Source: Capsulimonadaceae bacterium
GTDB taxonomy: Bacteria; Armatimonadota; Armatimonadia; Armatimonadales; Capsulimonadaceae
DNA: 64,000 nucleotides
Reading direction: 5' to 3'
Assembly (NCBI GenBank): GCA_965215505.1
Contig: OZ244065.1
Coordinates: 1,920,001-1,984,000 of the forward strand
Positions 17,516-26,991 of the stretch are shown piece by piece. Both the position numbers and the translations under genes were made by a program. A model generated the notes under the pieces. That model did not search any database, had not been told where the DNA came from, and saw nothing but the letters and a program-made list of their open reading frames with translations. Every line of letters begins with the position of its first letter. The stretch's first letter is position 1.

Positions 17516-18616
17516 TCACCAGTGCAGGGCCGTTTGGAGGTAGGCGGTCAGCTCGGCGGCGATCTGCTGGTGCTGGGCGAGGTCGGGGTGGCCGCCGCAG
17601 CCGCTGTTGTAGGAGCGGGAGAAGAAGAAAGTGTGGACGTTCTTGTCGCCGGCCTGATGCACCTGGTCAACGACCTGGGCCAGATTGTCTTTCAGATAGG
17701 CGGTCAGGCGGGCGTCGCCCATCGGGCTGGTCAGGCAGACGATCTGCGCTTTCGGGTAAGCGGCGCGGACCTGATGGATGAACTTGATGTAGTTGTCACG
17801 GAACGTGACCGGGTCCTGCTCGCCGTCGTTCTGGCCGAGGCAGAGGGTGACGACGTCTGGCTGGTAGAGTTTGAAGTCCCACGGCAGGGTTTTGTCGTGC
17901 AGGTCAAGGCTGCCGAACACGTCGGGCATGGTGACCTTCATGTCGCAGCAGCTATGCATCAGGCCGATGCCGGAAACGGAGGTCAGATGCCACTGGGCAT
18001 GAAGGGCGCGGGCGGTGGCGGGGCCGTAGCTCAGGTAGGCGTTGTGCTGGTCGTACCACGTCCCCTTGCCGCAGGGGACGACGGAGAGGTCGCTGCTGGC
18101 ACCGCAGGTGATTGAGTCGCCGATGAACTCCATCTTATGCTTGGGCTGGGGCGGCGGCGACAGGAGGCCCTCGCAGCGGAAGCCGACGAACTCCAGATAG
18201 CCCATCCCGGACTCGGTATCCTTGCAGACGGTGATCGTGTGCGCGCCCGGCGGCAACCCCTCAGCGGCCGGAATGATGTTGGTCTTGCCCGTGGTCTGTA
18301 CCCGGACGGGCGGGCGGGCGTCTACGGCGATCTCGATGTAGTTGTGGGTGCTGCCGTAGCGGACCTCGTCGTTGACAAGGACATCGCAGGAAGTGCCCCG
18401 GAAGCGGGCCTGGACGTAAGCGCCGGGTGCCCAGGCCTTCGGCTTCTTGGGGTCGGTGAAGTCGAACCGCCCGACGTAGCGGATGTCTTTGCTGTCGGCC
18501 TCGATCATGGGCAGATCTCCCTGGGCGCTCGCGCCTTTCGCGAGATGGGAGCGCAGGACGGCGGCGGAAGTGACCGTCAGCAGGCAAAGGGTAAGCAATA
18601 GGATGCGCTTTTTCAT
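17516..18616 (-). CDS. SGNH/GDSL esterase, CE2-like (acetylxylan esterase)
   Basis: Signal peptide; IRYVGRFD N-terminal domain, IGDSITCG, LGQND, GGHP. Confidence 0.85.
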   Translation of the reverse strand: MKKRILLLTLCLLTVTSAAVLRSHLAKGASAQGDLPMIEADSKDIRYVGRFDFTDPKKPKAWAPGAYVQARFRGTSCDVLVNDEVRYGSTHNYIEIAVDARPPVRVQTTGKTNIIPAAEGLPPGAHTITVCKDTESGMGYLEFVGFRCEGLLSPPPQPKHKMEFIGDSITCGASSDLSVVPCGKGTWYDQHNAYLSYGPATARALHAQWHLTSVSGIGLMHSCCDMKVTMPDVFGSLDLHDKTLPWDFKLYQPDVVTLCLGQNDGEQDPVTFRDNYIKFIHQVRAAYPKAQIVCLTSPMGDARLTAYLKDNLAQVVDQVHQAGDKNVHTFFFSRSYNSGCGGHPDLAQHQQIAAELTAYLQTALHW

Positions 18617-19815
18617 AGGGAGATCGGTCCAAAGGCCGGCACGGCGGCACCCGTGGCATCGGTGACGTTGCAGTAGGGGGCGAGGCCGTACCCGTACCAG
18701 AGGGACGCGCCCGGCAGGAGGGCAGGGTCGGTGAGCTTGAGAAGGGCGTCGGGGCCGTCGAGCGTGATCTTGTAGATGAGGGGCAGCTCGGCCCCGACGG
18801 CATCGCGCAGGGTGAAGCCGGCGGGGCGGCCTTGCGACTGCAAGCCGCCCTGGACATGGGCGAACGAGGCGCGGAGCCAGCCCTGGGCCGGCTCGAAGGT
18901 AACCGAGGCAAGGGCCGGGGCGGGCTGACCGGCGGCGACGGCGGCGAGGCGCTTGCCGAGCGATTTGAGGCCGGGCGTATCGATGTGAATGAGGTCGTCC
19001 AGCCCGCAGTCAACGGCGGAAACCATGCCGAGGTTCGGTAGGGTGTCCGCCCAGAGGCGCTGGGACTCGCGGACGCTGTTCCAGCCGGACACCAGTCCGG
19101 GGTCAGGGTCGGTGATGAACCCGCCAAGCTGGACATAGTAGAACGGCAGGTCGGGCCGGCCCAGGTCGGCGCGGAAGGACTGGACCAGGGCGGTCATGCG
19201 CGCCTGGTAGAGCGCGGCGTCGGCGGGGTTGGCGTCGGACTCGCCCTGATACCAGAGGATGCCCGACACTTTCCCGCCCACCGCTTTGACCCGTTCCAGG
19301 GTCGCGCCGTAGAGGGAGTGTCCACCCTGGCCTTTGCGGGCGGGGTCCCACTGCTGCATGGAGGTGCCGCCGTGGGCGGCGGGGACTAGCCCGATGGGGA
19401 CATTGGTCTGGTCGGCGCGGGCCTTGGCGAAGGTGAGGCCCAGGCCCGCGCCCTTGGTCCGGGCGGGGTCACGCGGGGGGACTTCGGTCGGCACGGGCAA
19501 GCCCCAGATGATGTGGTGAACGGGGCGCGGCGACTCGCCGAGCCAGTGCAGCGGCTCCTCGGCGGGTGCCCATCGCTCGCGGGACTGGAACGAGTGGACG
19601 AGGGGGTGCGGCGTCTCGACATCCACGAGGTCCCCCACCCCCTCCATGTTGCTCTGCCCGGCGAGTATCCAGAGGTCGCCGACGAGGACGTTTTGTGCCC
19701 CGCCGACCTGGTAGGGGCCGCCGGCGGGGAGTTCCAATGTCTCGCCCGTGTCGAGTGTGACGCGGGCGACGCCGTCGGCGTCCTGCTGCAATACTTGGTG
19801 ATCGTGGATGGTCAT
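18613..19815 (-). CDS. Sialate O-acetylesterase (SASA/DUF303) family esterase
   Basis: AGQSNMEG, WYQGESDA, DLIH motifs. Confidence 0.85.
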   Translation of the reverse strand: MTIHDHQVLQQDADGVARVTLDTGETLELPAGGPYQVGGAQNVLVGDLWILAGQSNMEGVGDLVDVETPHPLVHSFQSRERWAPAEEPLHWLGESPRPVHHIIWGLPVPTEVPPRDPARTKGAGLGLTFAKARADQTNVPIGLVPAAHGGTSMQQWDPARKGQGGHSLYGATLERVKAVGGKVSGILWYQGESDANPADAALYQARMTALVQSFRADLGRPDLPFYYVQLGGFITDPDPGLVSGWNSVRESQRLWADTLPNLGMVSAVDCGLDDLIHIDTPGLKSLGKRLAAVAAGQPAPALASVTFEPAQGWLRASFAHVQGGLQSQGRPAGFTLRDAVGAELPLIYKITLDGPDALLKLTDPALLPGASLWYGYGLAPYCNVTDATGAAVPAFGPISL

Positions 19816-20393
19816 TTCGGGTCCTGTTCGGTGGGAAAGTTCAGGTGCATCCGGCTGGCCGTCGGCACGGCCTGGCCTTTGTATTTGCTGTCCAGTGACG
19901 GGTGGCCATAAGGCCGGTCGGCAGCCGTGGTCATGGCGAAGAACGAGATCTGGCCGACCTTCATGCCGGGGTACAGGCGGATGGGCAGGTTGGCGACGTT
20001 GGAGAGTTCCAGCGTGACGCTGCCTTCAAATCCTGGGTCAATAAATCCGGCCGTGGCGTGGACGATCAGCCCGAGCCGGCCCAGGCTGGACTTGCCGCCG
20101 AGCTGGGCGGCGATGTCGCTGCCAAGCCCGATGCGCTCGACGGTGCTGCCGAGGATGAATTCGCCGGGGTGGACGATGAACGGCTCATCGTCGGCGACCT
20201 CGATCATCTCGGTCAGGTCCTGCTGGCGGTCTTTGGGGTCAATGCACGAGTATTTGTAGTTGCGGAAGACCAGGAAGCGGCCGTCGAGGCGAATGTCAAC
20301 GGAGGCGGGCTGCACGAGCGATTCGTCGTAGGGGGTGATGGCGATGCGCCCGGCGGCGACGGCTTCTTTGATGCTGCGGTCGGATAGGATCAT
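19812..20393 (-). CDS. dcd: dCTP deaminase
   Basis: MILSD, QPASVD, KSSLGRLGL.VH.TAGFIDPGF.G.VTLELSN, SKY.GQ. Confidence 0.93.
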   Translation of the reverse strand: MILSDRSIKEAVAAGRIAITPYDESLVQPASVDIRLDGRFLVFRNYKYSCIDPKDRQQDLTEMIEVADDEPFIVHPGEFILGSTVERIGLGSDIAAQLGGKSSLGRLGLIVHATAGFIDPGFEGSVTLELSNVANLPIRLYPGMKVGQISFFAMTTAADRPYGHPSLDSKYKGQAVPTASRMHLNFPTEQDPK

Positions 20394-20404
20394 AATGGAG
20401 GCCA

Positions 20405-20522
20405 CCACGGGTTGAAACCCGAGGCTGAGAAGTGCCCACCGCCTTCCAGGTCTGCCAGTGCAGTCCAGGGGACGGAAGAGACGGAAGATGAGAGATGGAC
20501 GGCGGGGGGACCCCGCCCCTAC
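20405..20522. repeat. Composite (BIME-like) repeat: family C hairpin + GTCCAGGGGAC + family A REP
   Basis: Same three modules in the same order as 15976-16092. Confidence 0.75.
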
Positions 20523-20559
20523 GTCGTGTCTGCGCTGCCTTCCAGTGCTACGTCGGGTG

Positions 20560-21042
20560 TCATTCGGGTGATGCCCCTTCGGATCTGAGGCTCTTCCTCA
20601 GCCAGCGGAAGCGGGGGCCGGACATGGCGGGGACGTCCTCGAAGCCGACGGCACGGGCGCAGGCGGCGGCGGGGGCGTTGTCGCGGCCGACGCGAAGCCA
20701 GACCTCCGGGTAGGGGCGGCTGGCGGCGAGGAAGGCGCAGAGCCGGGACAGGAAGGCCTGGCCGACGCCGGCCGCGCGCAGGTCGGGGGCGACCAGGAGG
20801 TGCTGTATCTCCACGTCCTGCTCGACGGTGTCCTCGACGATCTCGGCGTAGGCGGCGAGGTCGCCGTCGCGGCGGAGGGTGAAGGCGAAGTCAGCCTCGT
20901 AGGTCCAGGCGGCGACCTGATCGGCGGTCAGGGGGAACTCGTCGGAGGCGGTCAGGGCGCGGGCATCCTCGGGGGTCGCCGCCCAGCTCGCGATCAGCTC
21001 GGCCTCGGGCATGGCGAGCGGGCGCATCTCAAATGCCGGCAT
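20560..21042 (-). CDS. GNAT family N-acetyltransferase
   Basis: LLVAPDLRAAGVGQ acetyl-CoA motif; N.PA.....VGF. Confidence 0.75.
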   Translation of the reverse strand: MPAFEMRPLAMPEAELIASWAATPEDARALTASDEFPLTADQVAAWTYEADFAFTLRRDGDLAAYAEIVEDTVEQDVEIQHLLVAPDLRAAGVGQAFLSRLCAFLAASRPYPEVWLRVGRDNAPAAACARAVGFEDVPAMSGPRFRWLRKSLRSEGASPE

Positions 21043-21556
21043 CGCTCTCCCTATCGCTTTCGGCGGTCTCAGTCGTGGCTTCGGCAAGGTCAGCCCCGCG
21101 CGGGTGGCGGGCGAGGGCGCCGAGGACGCCGTTGACGAAGCGGCCCGACTCGGCCGTGCTGTACTTCTTCGCCAGCTCAACGGCCTCATTGACGACGGCG
21201 GCGACGGGAGCATCAGGGCGGTAAAGTAATTCATAGGCGGCGAGGCGCAGGAGATTCCTATCCACGGCGGCCTGCCGGTCGGGCGTCCAGTCGGGGGTCA
21301 GGGCGGTGATGCGGCCGTCAATCTCGGCCAGGTGGTCCAGAGTGCCGCGCACCAGTTCTTCCGAGTACAAGCGGTTCGCGCCTTCCAGCTTGGACTGGCC
21401 GAGGGCGGCTTCGATCACCTCATCGGTGGGCTGCTTGCCGAGGTCGAGCTGGAACAGCATCCGCAAGGCAAGCTCGCGGGCCTCGCGGCGCGTGTTGCGG
21501 CTCTCGCCGTGCGTGTAGTGGTGTTCCGGGTGTGGGTTAGTGCCGTCAGGTGTCAT
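21029..21556 (-). CDS. nusB: Transcription antitermination factor NusB
   Basis: RREARELALRMLFQ, VDRNLLRLA.YEL, VNEAVELAKKY, FVNGVLG. Confidence 0.95.
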   Translation of the reverse strand: MTPDGTNPHPEHHYTHGESRNTRREARELALRMLFQLDLGKQPTDEVIEAALGQSKLEGANRLYSEELVRGTLDHLAEIDGRITALTPDWTPDRQAAVDRNLLRLAAYELLYRPDAPVAAVVNEAVELAKKYSTAESGRFVNGVLGALARHPRGADLAEATTETAESDRESDAGI

Positions 21557-21903
21557 CTTGGGATTATTGTACCCGAACGCCGCGCCGGTTTTGCCGGTTT
21601 CCGATGCGCGATTCGATGCCGGGTGCTGCGCCGGGGTTTGCGCCAGCGCATGGGGGGTGGGTCGCGCAGGGACAGCAGCAGGAAGGCGAGGGCAGTCATG
21701 CCGAGGAACAGGAAGGCAGCGGCGTAGCCGTCGTCGGGGTGGACCGAGTCGGGCGCGAAGTGGGCCTGCTTGAAGAGGGCAACGCGTGTGAAGTGGACAA
21801 AGCCCCAGACGCAGAGGACGAGCGCCAGCCCGGCCCCGGCGGGGACGACGAGGCGCGGAAGGTCGGAGAGGCGGCGTGGCGGGCGGCGGCGGGGCTTGGG
21901 CAT
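21553..21903 (-). CDS. Hypothetical 2-TM membrane protein
   Basis: Two hydrophobic helices; stop overlaps the nusB start. Confidence 0.5.
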   Translation of the reverse strand: MPKPRRRPPRRLSDLPRLVVPAGAGLALVLCVWGFVHFTRVALFKQAHFAPDSVHPDDGYAAAFLFLGMTALAFLLLSLRDPPPMRWRKPRRSTRHRIAHRKPAKPARRSGTIIPR

Positions 21904-21929
21904 CTCAGTTGTGGCGTGGCCTTCCCCTG

Positions 21930-22388
21930 TCACGGTGCGGCCAGCACGTCGGCGGGCGTCAGGACGGCCAGGCCCGGCACGAGAGGCATGAACCGGGTGA
22001 AGTCGGTTGGGTTCCAGGTGAGGACTTTCCCAATGCCGGAAACGATGCAGACAGCAACAAGGCGCGTGTCGTGGACCTGCTTGCCGGACACTCCGGCGCG
22101 GCGGCACAGGTCGCGCCAGACGGCATGAAAGCCGTCCTCGGGGAGCATTCGGAAGAGAAGGCCGAAGCGGTCGAGTTCGGCGTCCACTTCGGCAATCGTC
22201 AGACCCAGGCCGTTGACGTTGAGGGGCCGAGTGCCAACGCTGCGGAACTCCACGAAGTTCTGCGGTGCGGCACGCGGGGTCTCGCCCGCGTCCGTCAGGC
22301 GATCCCGGGCTGCCTGCGTGGCCGCCGCTCGCGGGTCGTTGGGGCTAGTCAAACGCAGCAGGCAGGACGTGTCTACAAGGATACTCAA
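21930..22388 (-). CDS. PIN-domain (VapC-like) toxin
   Basis: ILVDTS, QNFVEF, HD.RLVA, LTWN..DF. Confidence 0.85.
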   Translation of the reverse strand: MSILVDTSCLLRLTSPNDPRAAATQAARDRLTDAGETPRAAPQNFVEFRSVGTRPLNVNGLGLTIAEVDAELDRFGLLFRMLPEDGFHAVWRDLCRRAGVSGKQVHDTRLVAVCIVSGIGKVLTWNPTDFTRFMPLVPGLAVLTPADVLAAP

Positions 22389-22672
22389 CGTCCGTCATCC
22401 CCATAGATGCTCTCGCGGCTTGTGGCTTCCTGCGACAGGGCGACGCCGCGCGCCGGTCCAGGCCGACGCAGGAGCGCTTTCCATTCCGGCGAGCCTTGGC
22501 GCAATGGGGTCGGCACTGAGGGACTGCTTGAAGATGGCCCCGCTAATTCGGTGACCTGCTCCGGCGTGATGAGGCCAGCGTCGAACAAGGCGGCGGCGGC
22601 TTTCCGTAATTTTTCTTGATACGCTGCGTCGGCCTGAGCGGGGTTGGTAGGAATGTTCAGCGTGAGTGTCAT
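22385..22672 (-). CDS. Putative antitoxin
   Basis: Overlaps the PIN gene start; MTLTLNIP N-terminus and LS.EA.SRESIY C-terminal motif typical of PIN partners. Confidence 0.7.
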   Translation of the reverse strand: MTLTLNIPTNPAQADAAYQEKLRKAAAALFDAGLITPEQVTELAGPSSSSPSVPTPLRQGSPEWKALLRRPGPARGVALSQEATSRESIYGDDGR

Positions 22673-22705
22673 TGGTGCGGCTCCGTTTCGGACGTAGGCG
22701 GATCA

Positions 22706-22993
22706 CTATTTAGGATTCGGAGAGCGGTCTTGTGGGCGGAAGCTTTCATCTCCATCAAGCCTATAAAGGTCTGAGGACAGCCTTTTCACGCGCTGTATTT
22801 CGGCCGCGTTCAGGTGAAGCCCAGGCGCGTCCATCTTCTCGCGCAGCCGCTCGGCTTCGTCTTCATCACCATGACGCATGGCATCGTGTAACGAGATTAA
22901 CAGATCGACGTACTGCTCGAAATAAAGATTCTCATGGAAGGGCTTGTGTTCTACTTCTTGCTGCATGAGCATCGCCCTTACAATCTTCGGCAC
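22706..22993 (-). CDS. Hypothetical helical protein
   Basis: ORF co-oriented upstream of the TA pair; start uncertain. Confidence 0.5.
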   Translation of the reverse strand: MPKIVRAMLMQQEVEHKPFHENLYFEQYVDLLISLHDAMRHGDEDEAERLREKMDAPGLHLNAAEIQRVKRLSSDLYRLDGDESFRPQDRSPNPK

Positions 22994-23085
22994 ATCAGAA
23001 CGTCAACGCTTCGGCGCATCCCCGAGGCTTGTCTGGATGATACCCGAAAGGGTCGGGAAAAGAGGGCCTGGATAGGGGGCCGTTC

Positions 23086-24699
23086 TTATGAGTTGTCCCC
23101 ATTGATCGTTCTTGCCAGGTCTTCTTGCTGCTGTCGTTTGCGCTTCAGGTCGGCCAGTTTCAGATTGTAGGCATCAACTTCCGCGTTGAACTTTTGCGTC
23201 GATTGTTGGTAGGAGGTGAGTTCATCGTTTGTTGAATTGACGAACCGATTGAAGTCATCGATTGATTCTTGACTGGATTGGTCTATCGCCAGCCGCTTAC
23301 TGTCAACCAGATTGGAGTCAGACAGCCACTTGGCACGTTGTGCGTCGACGGTCACCTTATCCGCGTCGATCTGTGAACTTTCGAGCGTTACTTCTTTTTG
23401 CTCCTTGTCCACTTCTATCTGCAATCGCTTGTTTTCGGCGATTTGTGCGGGCGTCGCATAGGTATGGGGAATACTCCCACGTCCATGAACGATGTAAAAA
23501 TCCCAGGTGAATTTTCCGCCGCTCAGGAAAGCCTTAGACCCGAATGCAGGCTCAACATCTGGCGCGGCCGCGTTGTAGGAGTAGACGTTGGCTGGCACAT
23601 GAAAATCTTTCGTTGTTTTTGGGGCAACGTCGATCTCCGGCAACCGACTGAGATGCAGGTAGAGATGTTTATCAGTGGAGTTGGTAATTTCAAGTAGGGG
23701 CGGGTCCGCTGTCCCTGTCGCTTGCGCGAGAAAGTTGGCAGTATTTTCGCGGTGAGGCGTATAGTGGACAGAAAGCCAAGAGGCAGGCACCCATCCCTGA
23801 TGACCTGAGCTGAACTGAATAACATTGAGCCAGCCACTTGAGTTGTCACGAGAAACCAGGACTGTCAAGTCGCCCGCATTTAATGTAGCGATCTTCGCGG
23901 CGGAGGGGCTTGGTGCCGAGTAGAGAGTGGTACTGTGCGTGACAATGCCGCTGTCAACGTGCGTCAAAGGTGATTGCCAGTGGGTGGGCGCAGGGGCAGA
24001 CTGATGTCGAGTGGCTGCCGCCGAAACTGGCTTGAGCCTTTTAGCACCCGTGGACATCGCCGAATGCGATGGGGCCGCCGATTTGGACGGCAGTGGCTCA
24101 CGCCGTGGCAGGGCTGTCGGTCGGAGTGGGACGAGTTCTGGCGTTGTGAGTGGGACAACGCTGGATGAATGAGGGGCAGAGCGAGCTGGGCCGGGTGACG
24201 CGGTCACCGTGGGGTTAGCGGCTGTGTAGTCTTCAATGAAACGATCCACAGAGATACCAACAGCCTGATTGATCATCGAACTCAGACCCTGGCTGTCGGA
24301 AATCCCTAATGATCCATTCGTCCAAGTGACAGCTAGCTCAGACGTAGGTTTCTCCCGTTGGACCGTCACATCCTCTTTGAGTTCCACTTCGACACAAAAT
24401 GCATAACCCAATGTGCCGTTTCTTATTGTGTTAATAACGACACGGAGTTCATAGGGGACAGATGGCGTCGCGTCGGCTGAGACAGGAATTCTAGCGTTAC
24501 TCAGCCGATTAAGAACATCCCCCTTGATGTTACCAACGACGACTCCGTCCGCTTCTGCATCTGCATCCACATCACTCACAGAAACCTTAAAACTCGGTAG
24601 CCTGACGAGTGTCTTCGCGTCATCAGAAAGAGATGCGCCCCGGACCTGGGTGGCAGCACAGGAAAACACCAAAAGAACGGCGAACAAAAAAGACTTCAC
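23086..24699 (-). CDS. Secreted protein with bacterial SH3-like domain and C-terminal coiled coil
   Basis: Signal peptide; LYSAPS...GWLNV...QGWVPASWL (SH3b-like); heptad-rich C-terminus; lower GC. Confidence 0.7.
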   Translation of the reverse strand: MKSFLFAVLLVFSCAATQVRGASLSDDAKTLVRLPSFKVSVSDVDADAEADGVVVGNIKGDVLNRLSNARIPVSADATPSVPYELRVVINTIRNGTLGYAFCVEVELKEDVTVQREKPTSELAVTWTNGSLGISDSQGLSSMINQAVGISVDRFIEDYTAANPTVTASPGPARSAPHSSSVVPLTTPELVPLRPTALPRREPLPSKSAAPSHSAMSTGAKRLKPVSAAATRHQSAPAPTHWQSPLTHVDSGIVTHSTTLYSAPSPSAAKIATLNAGDLTVLVSRDNSSGWLNVIQFSSGHQGWVPASWLSVHYTPHRENTANFLAQATGTADPPLLEITNSTDKHLYLHLSRLPEIDVAPKTTKDFHVPANVYSYNAAAPDVEPAFGSKAFLSGGKFTWDFYIVHGRGSIPHTYATPAQIAENKRLQIEVDKEQKEVTLESSQIDADKVTVDAQRAKWLSDSNLVDSKRLAIDQSSQESIDDFNRFVNSTNDELTSYQQSTQKFNAEVDAYNLKLADLKRKRQQQEDLARTINGDNS

Positions 24700-24753
24700 T
24701 CCAGCAAAAACCTTTCTCTATTTTCTGAACTCTCACCTTCGGTATTTGGCGCG

Positions 24754-25356
24754 TTAGTTCTGGGCGGTCTTGCACCGCCGCGCCATCCCCAACCCGACCA
24801 ACCCGAGTACTAGTAGGAGGCCGAACGAGGCTATCGTCGAGGCTTCGGGGACGGCAGGGGTAGCACTGATGTTAGTCACGAAGAGAGCACTGTTTGGTGC
24901 CCCTCCGGCAAAATAGACGAACGTGGATGCTGATCCAGCTGTCTCAGTGAACGAGTAATGCACCCCCAATTCTTGTGGGATTGTAGATAGTTGTAGGGGA
25001 ATTACCTGGTTATTGGCATCTGCCACGGAGAAGTAAAGCCGGTTGTCCCCGCCGCCATCTGAGTTCACGTCGAACTGATACACATAGTCTTGGCCCGGTA
25101 TGGTAGTGATCGTTTGCTTAAAGTCAGGGACGATGATGCCTGGATTGCCATTGACGATGCCGAATACGCCACTGTTAGAGAAGTACAGGTCGCCGTTCTG
25201 GACATAAGCATGCAGGTTCTGGCTGGCCCCACCGTCCTGTAAAATCCAGCCATTGGGGTCGAGAAGATTGCCGGGCACCTGGGCAACAGCCGCGCGCGAA
25301 CATAAGAACAGACCTAGGGCGGCAAAGCCGAGGCTCGCCGATTTTGAGAAGTGCAT
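24754..25356 (-). CDS. PEP-CTERM-like sorting domain protein
   Basis: Signal peptide; C-terminal VPEAST-IASFGLLLVLGLVGL-ARRCK. Confidence 0.8.
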   Translation of the reverse strand: MHFSKSASLGFAALGLFLCSRAAVAQVPGNLLDPNGWILQDGGASQNLHAYVQNGDLYFSNSGVFGIVNGNPGIIVPDFKQTITTIPGQDYVYQFDVNSDGGGDNRLYFSVADANNQVIPLQLSTIPQELGVHYSFTETAGSASTFVYFAGGAPNSALFVTNISATPAVPEASTIASFGLLLVLGLVGLGMARRCKTAQN

Positions 25357-25494
25357 TATGTCGTTTCCTTTCTTGGGGGAGAGTGTGCTTTAGGCCCACA
25401 ATTGCTATCAGCCTGTGCATTGCTCATGCACACAGCCGGCCGACGGAAACGCGCGTGTTTCAGCCCGTCCCATTTTAATGGTAAAAGAGTACCC

Positions 25495-25510
25495 TGCAAA
25501 AATCATGCCA
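25495..25510 (-). promoter_or_regulatory. sigma54 (-24/-12) promoter
   Basis: TGGCATGATTTTTGCA, GG-N10-GC, upstream of the PEP-CTERM gene. Confidence 0.75.
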
Positions 25511-25603
25511 AGTACCAATACCAGCCGCTTTTTGAGCGGCGAATATTGCCGCGCCGGACGTTCCTTTAGGAACATCCGTTGCTCTCTGCGAAGAGCGCTC
25601 ATG

Positions 25604-26950
25604 CTACGGGTCCACATGGGTCTGGAGGAACTTGGTGTTGAGGTCGCCTTTGCGGAAGAGGGCGTTGGCGAGGATCTTCTTATGATATTCTAAGTCGGTC
25701 TTGACGCCGCCGATCTCGACTTCATCCAAAGCGCGCTGCATGCGGTTGATGGCGGCGTCGCGGGTGTCGTCCCAGGCGATGATCTTGGCGAGCATGGAGT
25801 CGTAGTAGGGGGGGACGTCGTAGCCGGCGAAGACGTGGGTGTCGATGCGGACGCCCAGGCCGCCGGGGAGGCGTAGGGAGGTGATCTTGCCGGCGCTGGG
25901 GGCGAAGTCGCGGGCGGGGTCGCGGGCGGTCAGGCGGACCTCGATAGCGTGGCCGCGCCACTGGACGTCGCGCTGGCCGAAGGAGAGTTTTTCGCCCTGG
26001 GCGACTTTGATCTGCCACTTGACGAGGTCCACGCCGGTCACCATCTCGGTGATGGGGTGCTCGATCTGGAGGCGGGTGTTCATCTCCATGAAGTAGAAAT
26101 GGCCGTCGGAGGCGACGATGAACTCGACGGTGCCGGCGCTGGTGTAGCCCGCCGCCCTGGCGGCCTTGACGGCGGCCTCGCAGACGCGCTTGCGGACGTT
26201 CGGGTCGAGGTGCGGGGCGGGGGCCTCCTCGACCATCTTCTGGTAGCGCTGGGTCTGGAGGGAGCAGTCGCGCTCGCCGAGGTGGAGGACGGTGCCGTGT
26301 TCGTCGGCGAGGATCTGGACCTCGATGTGGCGGAAGGTCTCGATAAACTTCTCGATGTAGACGTCGGCGTTGCCGAAGGAGGACTCGGCCTCGACCTGGG
26401 CGGTCTTCAAGATCTTGGGGAACTCTTCTTCGTTCTGGACCACGCGGATGCCGCGCCCGCCCCCCCCGCCGGCGGCCTTGATCATGACGGGGAAGCCGAT
26501 CTTGGAGGCGACCTTGGCGGCCTCGGCGGGGTCGCGCAGGGCGGTGTTCGTGCCGGGGACGATGGGGACTCCGGCCTTCTCCATGGTGGCGCGGGCCTCG
26601 ATCTTGTCGCCCATCATCTCGATGGCACGGACGGGCGGGCCGATGTATTTGAGGCCGATGGCGTCGCACATCTCGGCGAACGAGGCGACCTCGGCCAGAA
26701 AGCCGATGCCGGGGTGGACGGCGTCGCAGCCGGTGATGACGGCGGCGCTGAGGATGTTTGGCGTGTTGAGGTAGGAGCCTTTGCGCTCGGGCGGCCCGAT
26801 GCAGACGGCCTCGTCGGCGAGCCGGACGTGGAGCGAGTCGGCGTCGGCCTGGGAGTAGACGGCGACGGTGGCGATCTTCATTTCGCGGGCGGCGCGGATG
26901 ACGCGGACGGCGATGTCGCCCCGGTTGGCGATCAGGATTTTTTTGAACAT
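25604..26950 (-). CDS. accC: Acetyl-CoA carboxylase biotin carboxylase subunit
   Basis: MFKKILIANRG, GGGGRG, ERDCSLQ, FMEMNTRLQIEHP, YYDSMLAK. Confidence 0.95.
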   Translation of the reverse strand: MFKKILIANRGDIAVRVIRAAREMKIATVAVYSQADADSLHVRLADEAVCIGPPERKGSYLNTPNILSAAVITGCDAVHPGIGFLAEVASFAEMCDAIGLKYIGPPVRAIEMMGDKIEARATMEKAGVPIVPGTNTALRDPAEAAKVASKIGFPVMIKAAGGGGGRGIRVVQNEEEFPKILKTAQVEAESSFGNADVYIEKFIETFRHIEVQILADEHGTVLHLGERDCSLQTQRYQKMVEEAPAPHLDPNVRKRVCEAAVKAARAAGYTSAGTVEFIVASDGHFYFMEMNTRLQIEHPITEMVTGVDLVKWQIKVAQGEKLSFGQRDVQWRGHAIEVRLTARDPARDFAPSAGKITSLRLPGGLGVRIDTHVFAGYDVPPYYDSMLAKIIAWDDTRDAAINRMQRALDEVEIGGVKTDLEYHKKILANALFRKGDLNTKFLQTHVDP

Positions 26951-26991
26951 AATGGTTGGGACCCGTCCCGCGATCTGTCGCGGGGCGGGGT

